From IMG/VR virus record IMGVR_UViG_3300031539_000028, positions 1 through 60,286 of that record: a stretch of 60,286 nucleotides of DNA; one strand, 5' to 3'. A program made the translations under genes and the position numbers. This DNA is from a virus. Lineage: Duplodnaviria; Caudoviricetes. A model generated the notes under the pieces. It saw nothing but the letters and a program-made list of their open reading frames with translations. It was not told the DNA's origin and made no database searches. Below, one piece after another: positions 18,025 through 26,246 of this stretch (position 1 is the first letter of the stretch; each line of letters opens with the position of its first letter).

Positions 18025-19041
18025 ATGAGTCACGAGATCAGCACGGAGTCGGGACGCGCGGAGGCCGTCTACGCCGGGAGGCCGGCGTGGCACGGGCTCG
18101 GGACGGTCGTCGAGACTGCGCCGAACAGCCGCGAGGCGATCCGGCTCGCGGGGCTCGATTGGGAGGTCGAGCAGGAGCGGATGTTCCTCTTGTCGGGTGA
18201 CGGCGTCGCAGAGCAGGTTCCCACATTCCGCGCGAACGTCCGCACTGACACGCGCAGGGTGCTCGGTGTGGTGACCGAGAAGTACACGCCGGTTCAGAAC
18301 GCGGAGGCGTTCCGGTTCGTCGACGCGCTCATCGACTCCGGCGAGGTCAGGTACGAGTCGGCCGGCGCGCTCTTCAACGGTCAGACCGTGTGGCTCCTCG
18401 CGCGCCTGTCTGGCATCGACGGCGAGGTCGTCCAGGGCGACGAGCAGCGCAGCTACGTCCTGTTCGCCAACACGCACGACGGCTCCAAGGCCGTCAACAT
18501 CATCCCGACGAACGTCAGGGTGGTCTGCTGGAACACGCTGAACTTCGCGCTCAGCGACGGGAGCCCGGGCGAGCGGCGCTACTCCGTCCGGCACGTCGGC
18601 AACGTCATGCGGCGGATCGACGCCGCGCGGGAGGCGCTCGGGATGGTCCGCGATCACTTCGTCGACTACCTCCAGCTCGCCTCGCAGCTCGTCCGGCGCA
18701 GCATCCACGACGGCGAGTTCACGGCCTACCTCGATACGCTCTTCCCTGTCCCCGAGTTCAAGGAGGCGAGCAGGCCGCTCATGAAGACGCGCGCGACGGT
18801 GTGGAATAACTTCCACAACGACGAGCGCCAGAAGCTCGGCGGCCGGATCAGCGGGACGGCGTGGGCCGCCCTCAACGCGGTCACGCAGTACCACGACCAC
18901 GACCGCCGCGTGGTGGGGGCGGACGCGCGCGCCAAGCAGGAGTCGCGCGTCTACGGATCGTGGATGGGCGAGGCCGGCAAGGCGAAGGCGCGCGCGGCGC
19001 GCGTCGCCGTCGAGATGTTCGCGCCGGCGATGCTCGGCTAG
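18025..19041 (+). CDS. DUF932 / phage-plasmid-like protein
   Basis: PAWHGLG, YTPVQNAEAF, NTHDGS, VRVVCWNT and GTAWAALNAVTQY motifs. Confidence 0.9.
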   Translation: MSHEISTESGRAEAVYAGRPAWHGLGTVVETAPNSREAIRLAGLDWEVEQERMFLLSGDGVAEQVPTFRANVRTDTRRVLGVVTEKYTPVQNAEAFRFVDALIDSGEVRYESAGALFNGQTVWLLARLSGIDGEVVQGDEQRSYVLFANTHDGSKAVNIIPTNVRVVCWNTLNFALSDGSPGERRYSVRHVGNVMRRIDAAREALGMVRDHFVDYLQLASQLVRRSIHDGEFTAYLDTLFPVPEFKEASRPLMKTRATVWNNFHNDERQKLGGRISGTAWAALNAVTQYHDHDRRVVGADARAKQESRVYGSWMGEAGKAKARAARVAVEMFAPAMLG

Positions 19042-19068
19042 ATCGCGGAGCGCGTGGCGGGCGCCGGT

Positions 19069-19110
19069 GCCCGACGCCAGGGGCCGGCGCCCGACGCCAG
19101 GGGCCGGCGC
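19069..19110 (+). repeat. 20-bp tandem duplication in an intergenic hairpin
   Basis: gcccgacgccaggggccggc at 19069 and 19089. Confidence 0.85.
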
Positions 19111-19129
19111 TCGCCCAAGGAGGGTGACG

Positions 19130-19495
19130 ATGGGATTCAGGATCGCGACGCTGACACGAGTCAAGTCTATATCCATCGAGCTCAGCACGCTGCTCACCGT
19201 AGGATACGACGGAGACGACAACGAGATCGAATCGGCCGTCGTCGTCGCGCTCGACTGGCATCCTGCCGATCACGAGGCCGGTGTCAGTGTCGGCTCGTGG
19301 GAGATCAGCTCGGTCAGGTACGCAGGAGACTCTCGCAACGTCGCAGGCTATGGTGTTCCCAAGTGGCTCCTCCCCAAGTCACTCCTCGACGAGTGGAAGG
19401 ACGAGGCCGAGCGTGTCACGTTCGAGCGTGAGCGAGACGCCAAGGATGCGGCCGGCGACGACAAGGATCACGCACGAAGGGACGGGGAGAGATGA
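19130..19495 (+). CDS. Hypothetical protein
   Basis: AAGGAGGG RBS; 121 aa. Confidence 0.6.
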   Translation: MGFRIATLTRVKSISIELSTLLTVGYDGDDNEIESAVVVALDWHPADHEAGVSVGSWEISSVRYAGDSRNVAGYGVPKWLLPKSLLDEWKDEAERVTFERERDAKDAAGDDKDHARRDGER

Positions 19496-19758
19496 GGCTC
19501 GCATACGCCATGCACCCGGGGCCGGGCGAGGACGGGGGCCGCGTGATCGTGGTCACGGACGAGGAGCGCGGCTTCAGGTTCGTGACTGACTACGACTGTT
19601 CGCCACTGAAGCGTCGCCCTGGGATCGTCGAGCGCCTCAACGCGCGCGCAGGAGTGACGCCGAGGCAGGCCATCAGGCTCGTGGCGGCATCGATGAAGAG
19701 TGGGCCCGTGAGAGCGCGCTCAGGCGCGCAACCGAAGTCAGGGGAGAGGAGAGGCTAG
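19492..19758 (+). CDS. Hypothetical protein
   Basis: ATGA overlap; 88 aa. Confidence 0.6.
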   Translation: MRLAYAMHPGPGEDGGRVIVVTDEERGFRFVTDYDCSPLKRRPGIVERLNARAGVTPRQAIRLVAASMKSGPVRARSGAQPKSGERRG

Positions 19759-21189
19759 ATGGCGGCGAAGAGGGCGAAGACGAGGAGCGACGGAGACGAG
19801 ACGCTGAGCCTCACGAGCCTCGAGGTCGAGAACGTGCTCCGGATCAAGGCGGTCAAGCTCGTACTCGAGCCAGGCGGTGCGGTGCTCATCGAGGCCCGGA
19901 ACGAGCAAGGGAAGTCGAGCGTCCTGAAGTCGCTCGAGATCCTGCTCGCCGGGATGAGCGAGACGCCGGACGAGCCGCTCCACGGCGACGCGAAGAGCGG
20001 TGAGATCGTCGCTCGGTTCAACATGCTGGCGGACGAGGACGACCCTGACAGCGAGGTCGTCGAGAGCATCCTGGTCTCGAAAGTCTTCCGCAAGGGGCGC
20101 TCTCCGGCGCTCAGCATCCACCGCGAGGGGGAGAGGCAGACGGCTCCGCAGACTCTTCTCAATGATCTGCTCGACCACGTCTCGCTGGACCCGCTCAAGT
20201 TCATGGCGATGGACGATCACGAGCGGCTGCGGGCGCTCTCCGACCTGATGGGCTTCGACTCGGCTCCGTTCGACCTTCGCCACGATCAGCTCTTCGGCCA
20301 GCGCAGGGACGCGAACAGAGACGCGAAGCGGCTCGAGATCGAGCTCTCGGCAGTGCCGACACACAAGGACGCGCCGGCGATGCCGGTCAGCGTCGAGGAG
20401 CTGTCCAGGGAGCTCGCCGTCAGGAGGCGCGCGAACGCCGACGTGGACGAGCGTCAGAGGGCCGCCGCAGAGCTCTCGACGAAGGTCAAGAGTTTCGAGG
20501 ACGAGGTCCGAGACGCCGAGGAGGACGCCGAGGCGATCAAGGAGAAGATCGCCGAGCTGGAAGCTGCCATCGAGCTCGAGAGAGAGACGCTTGTGCGGGC
20601 CGTCGCAGTGGCGGCGAAGCATCGCGTGGAGCTCGCCAAGAAGCAGGTCGACGCGAAGGCCGCCGTCAAGGCAGCGTCCGCGCTGACGAGGGCCGACGAG
20701 GACGCCGTCGTGAGGCAGATCGGCGGCGCGGAGGAGCTCAACCGGAAGTACCGCGAGAACCTCAGGCACCACGAGCTCTCCGCTCAGCTCGTCGAGACCT
20801 GCGCGGAGGCCGCCAGGCTCGACGAGGCGCTCAAGGTCGTCGAGTCGGAGCGCGAGCAGGCGCGGCTCGCCGCGCGCGAGCGGCTCCCCGTCCCCGAGCT
20901 CGACATCACGGCAGACGCGGTCCTGTACCGCGGCTTGCCACTCTCGCAGGCCGGGAGCTCCGCGCAGCTCCGCGTCAGCGTGGCCGTCGCCATCGCGCTG
21001 AACAAGCGCAAGCGCGTCAAGCTCCTGCTCGTCGACGACGGCGAGAAGCTGGACGCCGACGGCGAGCGCATCGTCCTTGAGATGGCACGGAAGGCCGGCT
21101 TCCAGGTCATAATGACCCGGGTGATCAAGCGAAACGAGGACGCCGACAAGGCGAGCGTGCTCATCGAGGACGGGGAGGTGAAGGCGTAG
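19759..21189 (+). CDS. SMC/Rad50-like ABC-type ATPase with coiled coil
   Basis: Walker A ARNEQGKSS, long coiled coil, signature-like LSQAGSSAQ, Walker B/D-loop LLVDDGEKLD. Confidence 0.85.
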   Translation: MAAKRAKTRSDGDETLSLTSLEVENVLRIKAVKLVLEPGGAVLIEARNEQGKSSVLKSLEILLAGMSETPDEPLHGDAKSGEIVARFNMLADEDDPDSEVVESILVSKVFRKGRSPALSIHREGERQTAPQTLLNDLLDHVSLDPLKFMAMDDHERLRALSDLMGFDSAPFDLRHDQLFGQRRDANRDAKRLEIELSAVPTHKDAPAMPVSVEELSRELAVRRRANADVDERQRAAAELSTKVKSFEDEVRDAEEDAEAIKEKIAELEAAIELERETLVRAVAVAAKHRVELAKKQVDAKAAVKAASALTRADEDAVVRQIGGAEELNRKYRENLRHHELSAQLVETCAEAARLDEALKVVESEREQARLAARERLPVPELDITADAVLYRGLPLSQAGSSAQLRVSVAVAIALNKRKRVKLLLVDDGEKLDADGERIVLEMARKAGFQVIMTRVIKRNEDADKASVLIEDGEVKA

Positions 21190-21266
21190 GGTCAGGCGGC
21201 CGGTCGTCGACGGCCGCCGCCCGGCGCTCCGGCTCGGGGCGCCCGGCCGCGGTCGTGGGTGCGGTT

Positions 21267-21288
21267 GCCCTTCGGGGCGGAAAGGTGG
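21267..21288 (+). promoter_or_regulatory. Tetraloop-hairpin + CGGAAAGG leader motif, copy 2
   Basis: gcccttcggggcggaaaggtgg before ATG 21296. Confidence 0.8.
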
Positions 21289-21295
21289 TGACGCA

Positions 21296-21652
21296 ATGGA
21301 TACGCCCGCTGGAGTGCCGTGCTGGCACATTCACCATGATACGCTCCTGGAGTGGAGCACCGAACCGCTGTTGGAGCGCACGCATTATATCTACGCGAAC
21401 AAGCACAAATCCGAGCACGAGACCCGCCTGCGCCTCATGCGACCCGTGTCAGGCGAGCTGCCGAAGACCGTGGTCGCGGCCGGGGATAAGCTCTACGCGA
21501 CCCGGGAGGTGTACCACACGAACTGGAAGGTGTATGACGCGGCCCGAAGGGCGTTCGAGCTGTCCCTAAAGGCACACGAGACCGAAATCCAAGCCCTTCA
21601 CTCCCAGGAATGCCCCGACTGTCCCTGGGACGGTTACACGATCTTCCCGTAG
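21296..21652 (+). CDS. Hypothetical protein (His/Cys motifs)
   Basis: WHIHH...LHSQECPDCPWDG; 118 aa. Confidence 0.7.
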   Translation: MDTPAGVPCWHIHHDTLLEWSTEPLLERTHYIYANKHKSEHETRLRLMRPVSGELPKTVVAAGDKLYATREVYHTNWKVYDAARRAFELSLKAHETEIQALHSQECPDCPWDGYTIFP

Positions 21653-21664
21653 GGAATTGCCGGC

Positions 21665-21686
21665 GCCCTTCGGGGCGGAAAGGTGG
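21665..21686 (+). promoter_or_regulatory. Tetraloop-hairpin + CGGAAAGG leader motif, copy 3
   Basis: gcccttcggggcggaaaggtgg before ATG 21693. Confidence 0.8.
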
Positions 21687-21692
21687 GAAGCT

Positions 21693-21818
21693 ATGAGCGC
21701 AAAGGAACCACGGCATGGCAGAGAGTTCCGTCAATGCCACGCTAGGAGTTGTCCGCATCTCGTCGGGCGCTGGTGCAACAGGACACAGGGTTGCGTTATT
21801 TCTCGGGCGGGCAAGTAG
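21693..21818 (+). CDS. 41-aa four-Cys microprotein
   Basis: MSAKEPRHGREFRQCHARSCPHLVGRWCNRTQGCVISRAGK; fills the gap between two leader motifs. Confidence 0.55.
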   Translation: MSAKEPRHGREFRQCHARSCPHLVGRWCNRTQGCVISRAGK

Positions 21819-21840
21819 ACCCGAGAGGGCGGAAAGGTGG
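21819..21840 (+). promoter_or_regulatory. Leader motif, copy 4 (GAGA loop)
   Basis: accc-gaga-gggc-ggaaaggtgg before ATG 21847. Confidence 0.75.
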
Positions 21841-21846
21841 TGTAGG

Positions 21847-22752
21847 ATGTGTGAACACGCAGCTGCTATCGTGACGAAAACGAATGTCCACTGGTGCGAG
21901 ACGCCCTCGCATACGGACATGATCAAGAAGCTCGGCCTTCGCGACGACACGGAGTCGCCGGATTTCGTCCGGGTGCAGATCGTGCCGCCAGACGACCTCG
22001 ACTACCGCCTGCCGTGCGATCGGTGGCTGTTTCATCTCGACCAGGATTTCAGGCCGGACTGGTACAACCGCGAGGAGGTCGAAAGCGCCGTCAGGGCGAA
22101 ACTCCCTGAGTGGCGCACGCGATCCGTGGTCATGCCGGGCGAGCGCCGTGAGAAGCATGACGGCGGGCTGATCGTCGCTTGCTACGGCGAGATCGGCCGG
22201 GTCATCGGCAACGGGCGCGTGGACGTGGTCGTCGACAACGGGCGCGTGAACGGGGTCGTCGACAACGGGCGTGTGGGCGGGGTCTACGACAACGGGCGTG
22301 TAGACGGGGTCCACGACAACGGGAGCGTGGGCGTGGTCATCGACAACGGGCGCGTGGACTGGGTCTCCGACAACGGGCGCGTGGACTGGGTCTCCGACAA
22401 CGGGCGCGTGGGCGTGGTCTACGACAACGGGCGCGTGGACTGGGTCGCCGGCAACGGGCGCGTGGACTGGGTCGCCGGCAACGGGCGCGTGGTCCGTGTC
22501 GCCGGCAACGGGCGTGTGGACGTGGTCGACGACAACGGGCGCGTGGACGTGGTCGTCGACAACGGGCGCGTGGGCCGTGTCGCCGTCAACGGGCGCGTGG
22601 GCCGTGTCGCCGTCAACGGGCGCGTGGACTGGGTCTCCGACAACGGGCGCGTCACATCATACTGTGATTCCGGGTGCAGCGCAAAGCTCGCCGACAAGGG
22701 CCACATCATCGACATGCGCGGAGACAGGCCGAGGATCATCGTCGCGCAGTAG
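21847..22752 (+). CDS. Repeat-containing protein (predicted beta-solenoid)
   Basis: N-terminal MCE...SHTDMI domain followed by 17 nonapeptide (D/G/V)NGRVxxVx repeats. Confidence 0.8.
   Translation: MCEHAAAIVTKTNVHWCETPSHTDMIKKLGLRDDTESPDFVRVQIVPPDDLDYRLPCDRWLFHLDQDFRPDWYNREEVESAVRAKLPEWRTRSVVMPGERREKHDGGLIVACYGEIGRVIGNGRVDVVVDNGRVNGVVDNGRVGGVYDNGRVDGVHDNGSVGVVIDNGRVDWVSDNGRVDWVSDNGRVGVVYDNGRVDWVAGNGRVDWVAGNGRVVRVAGNGRVDVVDDNGRVDVVVDNGRVGRVAVNGRVGRVAVNGRVDWVSDNGRVTSYCDSGCSAKLADKGHIIDMRGDRPRIIVAQ
22207..22653 (+). repeat. 27-bp coding tandem repeat (about 17 units)
   Basis: aacgggcgYgt core repeated every 27 nt. Confidence 0.95.
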
Positions 22753-22770
22753 CCCGCGAGGGCGGAAAGG
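22752..22770 (+). promoter_or_regulatory. Leader motif, copy 5 (GCGA loop)
   Basis: gccc-gcga-gggc-ggaaagg before ATG 22781 (15-codon ORF). Confidence 0.7.
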
Positions 22771-22824
22771 ACGGGACGCGATGGCAGCGAGCAGGCTTCT
22801 CCCAGCTCAGGCGGAGGGCGCCGA

Positions 22825-23043
22825 GTGAACCTCACCGCTGAGCTCGCGCGCAGGCTCGACAGCTACCCTTGGCGGCCAGGCGACTGCATCGTCTGCCGCG
22901 ACCGCCCGGTGGCAGGCGGCGACTCCCCTACGTCGAGGTGCGCTCGCAAGATCGACCTGTGCGGGCGATGCTACAATGACACTCCGACGCGCACCGCGCG
23001 CAGGCGCGCGCTCGGGCTCTCGCCGACGAGGAGGAGACTATGA
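22825..23043 (+). CDS. Small Zn-finger-like protein
   Basis: CIVC...CGRC. Confidence 0.55.
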   Translation: MNLTAELARRLDSYPWRPGDCIVCRDRPVAGGDSPTSRCARKIDLCGRCYNDTPTRTARRRALGLSPTRRRL

Positions 23044-23438
23044 GCTGGATCACGCTCGAACACGGTGTCGTCAAGACCCGCAAGCCTCACGAGTGCCAAG
23101 GATGCAGGCGCACGTTCCCGGCTGGCGTCGAGATGGTCTCCACGGTCGGCATGTGGGAGGGCGATCCGCCTGGGAGGGCGCACCGCTGCATCGTGTGCGA
23201 GGACTTCATACGCGACGCTCGACTTCTGGAGGAGAGCGAAGACGAACTGCCGGCCGAGAACTGGGCCGCGTCACCCGAGTACCGAGATGGATACGCCGTG
23301 ACGGAGGCGCGGCACACTGGCTACATCCGCGAGGCAGGCGTGCCGACGCAGCGGCAGTGGATCGGTCTGCTGGACATGTACAGGGACCTGTGGTTCGGCG
23401 CTCGTCTGCGCGAGCTCCGAGGCGAGGTTCGCTCATGA
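23040..23438 (+). CDS. Zn-finger phage protein
   Basis: KTRKPHECQGC...HRCIVC; GGAGGAG RBS. Confidence 0.7.
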   Translation: MSWITLEHGVVKTRKPHECQGCRRTFPAGVEMVSTVGMWEGDPPGRAHRCIVCEDFIRDARLLEESEDELPAENWAASPEYRDGYAVTEARHTGYIREAGVPTQRQWIGLLDMYRDLWFGARLRELRGEVRS

Positions 23439-23740
23439 GTAAGCGCAGGATCGGAGACGGCATGGCGGCGTTTCAGGCCAGCGACGTCGGCCTCAGGCGC
23501 TTCAAGCCTCGTCGCCGGTCGATCCTTGAGCCTCAGCGCCACGTTCAGTGCGAGTTCTGCGGGCGGCAGTACATCGGATTCCGCGGGCACTGGCGCTGTC
23601 CGTGGTGTGGCGTCAGGAACGCTCCGCCGGACGGACGGACCCTGAACATGACCGTCGCCGAGTACAACGAGCAGCGACGCTTCACGACGGAGGAGTGGGC
23701 GCTCAGGAACGAGCGCGAGGACAGGATCGCGGGGGAGTAA
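23435..23740 (+). CDS. Zn-ribbon protein
   Basis: CEFCG...CPWCG; ATGA overlap. Confidence 0.65.
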   Translation: MSKRRIGDGMAAFQASDVGLRRFKPRRRSILEPQRHVQCEFCGRQYIGFRGHWRCPWCGVRNAPPDGRTLNMTVAEYNEQRRFTTEEWALRNEREDRIAGE

Positions 23741-23764
23741 CCATGCCCGACAAGGAGGCTGTCC

Positions 23765-24157
23765 GTGTCGCATGAATTCTCCGAAACGATGTACGCGGAA
23801 TACAGGCGCCTACTGGCGCTCGCCCGGCGTCGGGACTGGTGGGATCAGCAGTCGACAGAGCCCGGATGGGGCGTCGCGCATGTCCTCCGCGTGCTGGCCG
23901 CACGGCTGAGTGGTCCGTGCGCGCAGCCGGAGACGCATCGGCCATGCACGTGTGAGCGGGCGTGGCCCGGCCCGGATGGGGTCAGCGACCAGCGCCTGCA
24001 ATTCAGTCACGACGAGAGCACAGGCCTACATCACATGCTCAAGGTCGGATTCCGCGCGCTATACCAAGACGATGGATTCGGCAATGAGGGAATCAAGGGT
24101 GCCAGGAGTGGCCTGACGCACATTCGCGGCGGGAAAGAGATGCCAGAGCCGTGGTGA
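23765..24157 (+). CDS. Hypothetical protein
   Basis: AAGGAGG RBS before GTG. Confidence 0.5.
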   Translation: MSHEFSETMYAEYRRLLALARRRDWWDQQSTEPGWGVAHVLRVLAARLSGPCAQPETHRPCTCERAWPGPDGVSDQRLQFSHDESTGLHHMLKVGFRALYQDDGFGNEGIKGARSGLTHIRGGKEMPEPW

Positions 24158-24180
24158 GCAAAAGGCGAAGGGGGAGTGAG

Positions 24181-24537
24181 ATGGGCGATTGGAAATGGCA
24201 ACGAATGCATGTACTCAACCGGCGGAACTACGGCACGCTACCGGAAGGAGCGATCCCGGTTTCGCGCGGCACGCCGTTCGGCAACCCGTTTTTGATCGGG
24301 TGCGACTGCGACAGGGATGCGGTCATAGACAAGTACCGCGCCTGGTTCCATCGGCGGATCATGCGGGACAAGCAGTTCAAGAAGGACGTGATCCGTCTCC
24401 TGGGACACGACCTGGTGTGCTGGTGCGCTCCGCTCCCGTGCCACGCACAGGTTATCATCGACTGGCTGCGCTCGCGCGAGGAATCCGTCGCGCGGCTGGC
24501 ACGCGCGCACACGCAGGAGGAGACGAGCGATGGGTGA
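24181..24537 (+). CDS. DUF4326-like protein
   Basis: RGTPFGNPF...LVCWCAPLPCHAQVI. Confidence 0.85.
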   Translation: MGDWKWQRMHVLNRRNYGTLPEGAIPVSRGTPFGNPFLIGCDCDRDAVIDKYRAWFHRRIMRDKQFKKDVIRLLGHDLVCWCAPLPCHAQVIIDWLRSREESVARLARAHTQEETSDG

Positions 24538-25486
24538 CAAAAAGGGTGTAGACCTCATGCGTGAAGACGCAGACGTGCTCTGTGGCATTGCGGTGATGGC
24601 GACGCTCTCGGGCGACGATCAGGTGGCGTCGATAGTGCGACACATCGCAGAGCGGTTGCATGCAAGCGCCACGGAGAGCGTCGCCCTATTCGCGGCGCTC
24701 CGGCGCTCCCACGCACACAACGACGAGTTGCGGGGTCTGCTCCAACGCATCTTCGACGGGGACGCCTGTGCAGAGCATGGCCGGTTCTGTGCGCCAAATG
24801 ACGAGATCGGGGCACTCCTTGATCGCCAGACTCCTCCGGAGGCGAAGGATGCCGAGAACGCGCGGCTGACGCGCGCCATCGAAGCCAAAGACGCGAAGCT
24901 CGAAGATGCCAGCGACGCGTACTCCGCACAGAAGGATACCATCGCGCAGATGACCGCCGAACTCGAAGACCACAAGCGACGCCTCGCCGAGAATGGCGAG
25001 CGCACCGCGGAGCTGCTAACCGACCACGCCCTCAAGGACGCCGAGATCGCGGGGCTGAAGGCTGAACTTGCCAAACACATAGGCAGTAACGCAACAGAAG
25101 GTCCATCTCGGTTCTGGCTTGAAGGTCAACTAGAGAAGGCCGAGGCCCGCGTGGCGACGTTGAGGGTTTGCATAAAATCGCTGGATGGCACCTACATGAG
25201 GGCCGCGAGGGAGAGGGAAGCCGCCGAGGCCCGCGTCGCAAAGCTGGAAGAGGAACAGGAGCGTCGCTTCGATATATCCAAGAAGATAGTCGAAGAGCGC
25301 GAAACGCTCAAGCAGCGCATCGCCAAGATCGCTCCCGTGGTGAAGGCGGCGAAGGCGTGGTGGTGGAATGGCCTTGCGAGAGACAAGTGGGCCACACCAG
25401 ATGCGCTTCGCCCGATCAACACAGACTTGGCGAAGCTGGCCGAGGCGGTCATCGCGATGAAGACGAAGGAGGCGCCGGATGAGTAA
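24530..25486 (+). CDS. Coiled-coil hypothetical protein
   Basis: AGGAGGAG RBS; repeated AEARVA segments. Confidence 0.65.
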   Translation: MGDKKGVDLMREDADVLCGIAVMATLSGDDQVASIVRHIAERLHASATESVALFAALRRSHAHNDELRGLLQRIFDGDACAEHGRFCAPNDEIGALLDRQTPPEAKDAENARLTRAIEAKDAKLEDASDAYSAQKDTIAQMTAELEDHKRRLAENGERTAELLTDHALKDAEIAGLKAELAKHIGSNATEGPSRFWLEGQLEKAEARVATLRVCIKSLDGTYMRAAREREAAEARVAKLEEEQERRFDISKKIVEERETLKQRIAKIAPVVKAAKAWWWNGLARDKWATPDALRPINTDLAKLAEAVIAMKTKEAPDE

Positions 25487-25994
25487 GCACCAGCTGCACC
25501 TGCCGTGGCGCAAGGGATACTATTCTTGTCCGATGTCCATGGGCCCGAAGCGGGATATCCCCTACCAGCAGCTCGTGGACGCTGACGGGGAGGAAACCCT
25601 GTGCATTATTGATCAGGGGCCGAGCGAGTCCAGTGCCGAGCGCCACGAGATCATCGACGCGATGCTGGGCGTGCTCAACAGCAGAGCCGGCAAGAGGCGA
25701 GCGAGGGCCGAGCGTGAGTGGGACGATGCGGTGGTCGAGATCAAGAGTCTGACGGCCGAGCGCGACGCATTCCGGGCTGGTGTCGTGGCGCAGGCCGACT
25801 CGGCAGAGCAGAACCTGCGCGTAGTCTGCCAGGGTGACGCGGTCATCGCCGAGCTGCGCGCCGAGAACGCGCGGCTGACGCGCGAGCGAGACGAGGCGAG
25901 AAAGGCTGGCACGCCATACGCAGTCGAGAGGGACGCGATCAACGCCCTTGTGATTCGCGTGAAGGAGCTCGAGGCGCACGAGAGGGGGAAATGA
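25479..25994 (+). CDS. Coiled-coil hypothetical protein
   Basis: AAGGAGG RBS; shares AENARLTR with the previous gene. Confidence 0.65.
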   Translation: MSKHQLHLPWRKGYYSCPMSMGPKRDIPYQQLVDADGEETLCIIDQGPSESSAERHEIIDAMLGVLNSRAGKRRARAEREWDDAVVEIKSLTAERDAFRAGVVAQADSAEQNLRVVCQGDAVIAELRAENARLTRERDEARKAGTPYAVERDAINALVIRVKELEAHERGK

Positions 25995-26230
25995 TGCGCT
26001 GGCTCAAGGTGATCTTCCTGCCTTCGATGGACGAGAAGGAGCACCCAGACGTTCGGAGGCTGTACGTCAAGGGGGACTGTCTGAATGTCGAACTGCCCGA
26101 CATGGACGCGGACGGGCGGCCGAAGATCGTGTCATACCCGTTGTGCAACATCTTCTCCTTCTCGCGGCCACACATGGAGCATGATGGGGCGCAGCCTCGA
26201 GCCGACCTCGAGGCAGAGAGGGGCGAGTGA
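25991..26230 (+). CDS. Hypothetical protein
   Basis: ATGA overlap; 79 aa. Confidence 0.6.
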   Translation: MMRWLKVIFLPSMDEKEHPDVRRLYVKGDCLNVELPDMDADGRPKIVSYPLCNIFSFSRPHMEHDGAQPRADLEAERGE

Positions 26231-26246
26231 GATGGAGGGAGGCGCA

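Noticed and set aside
22207-22653. CRISPR array or DGR variable region
   Set aside because: 27-bp in-frame coding repeat; no reverse transcriptase (no YxDD-type RT ORF) and no adenine-specific TR/VR pair seen
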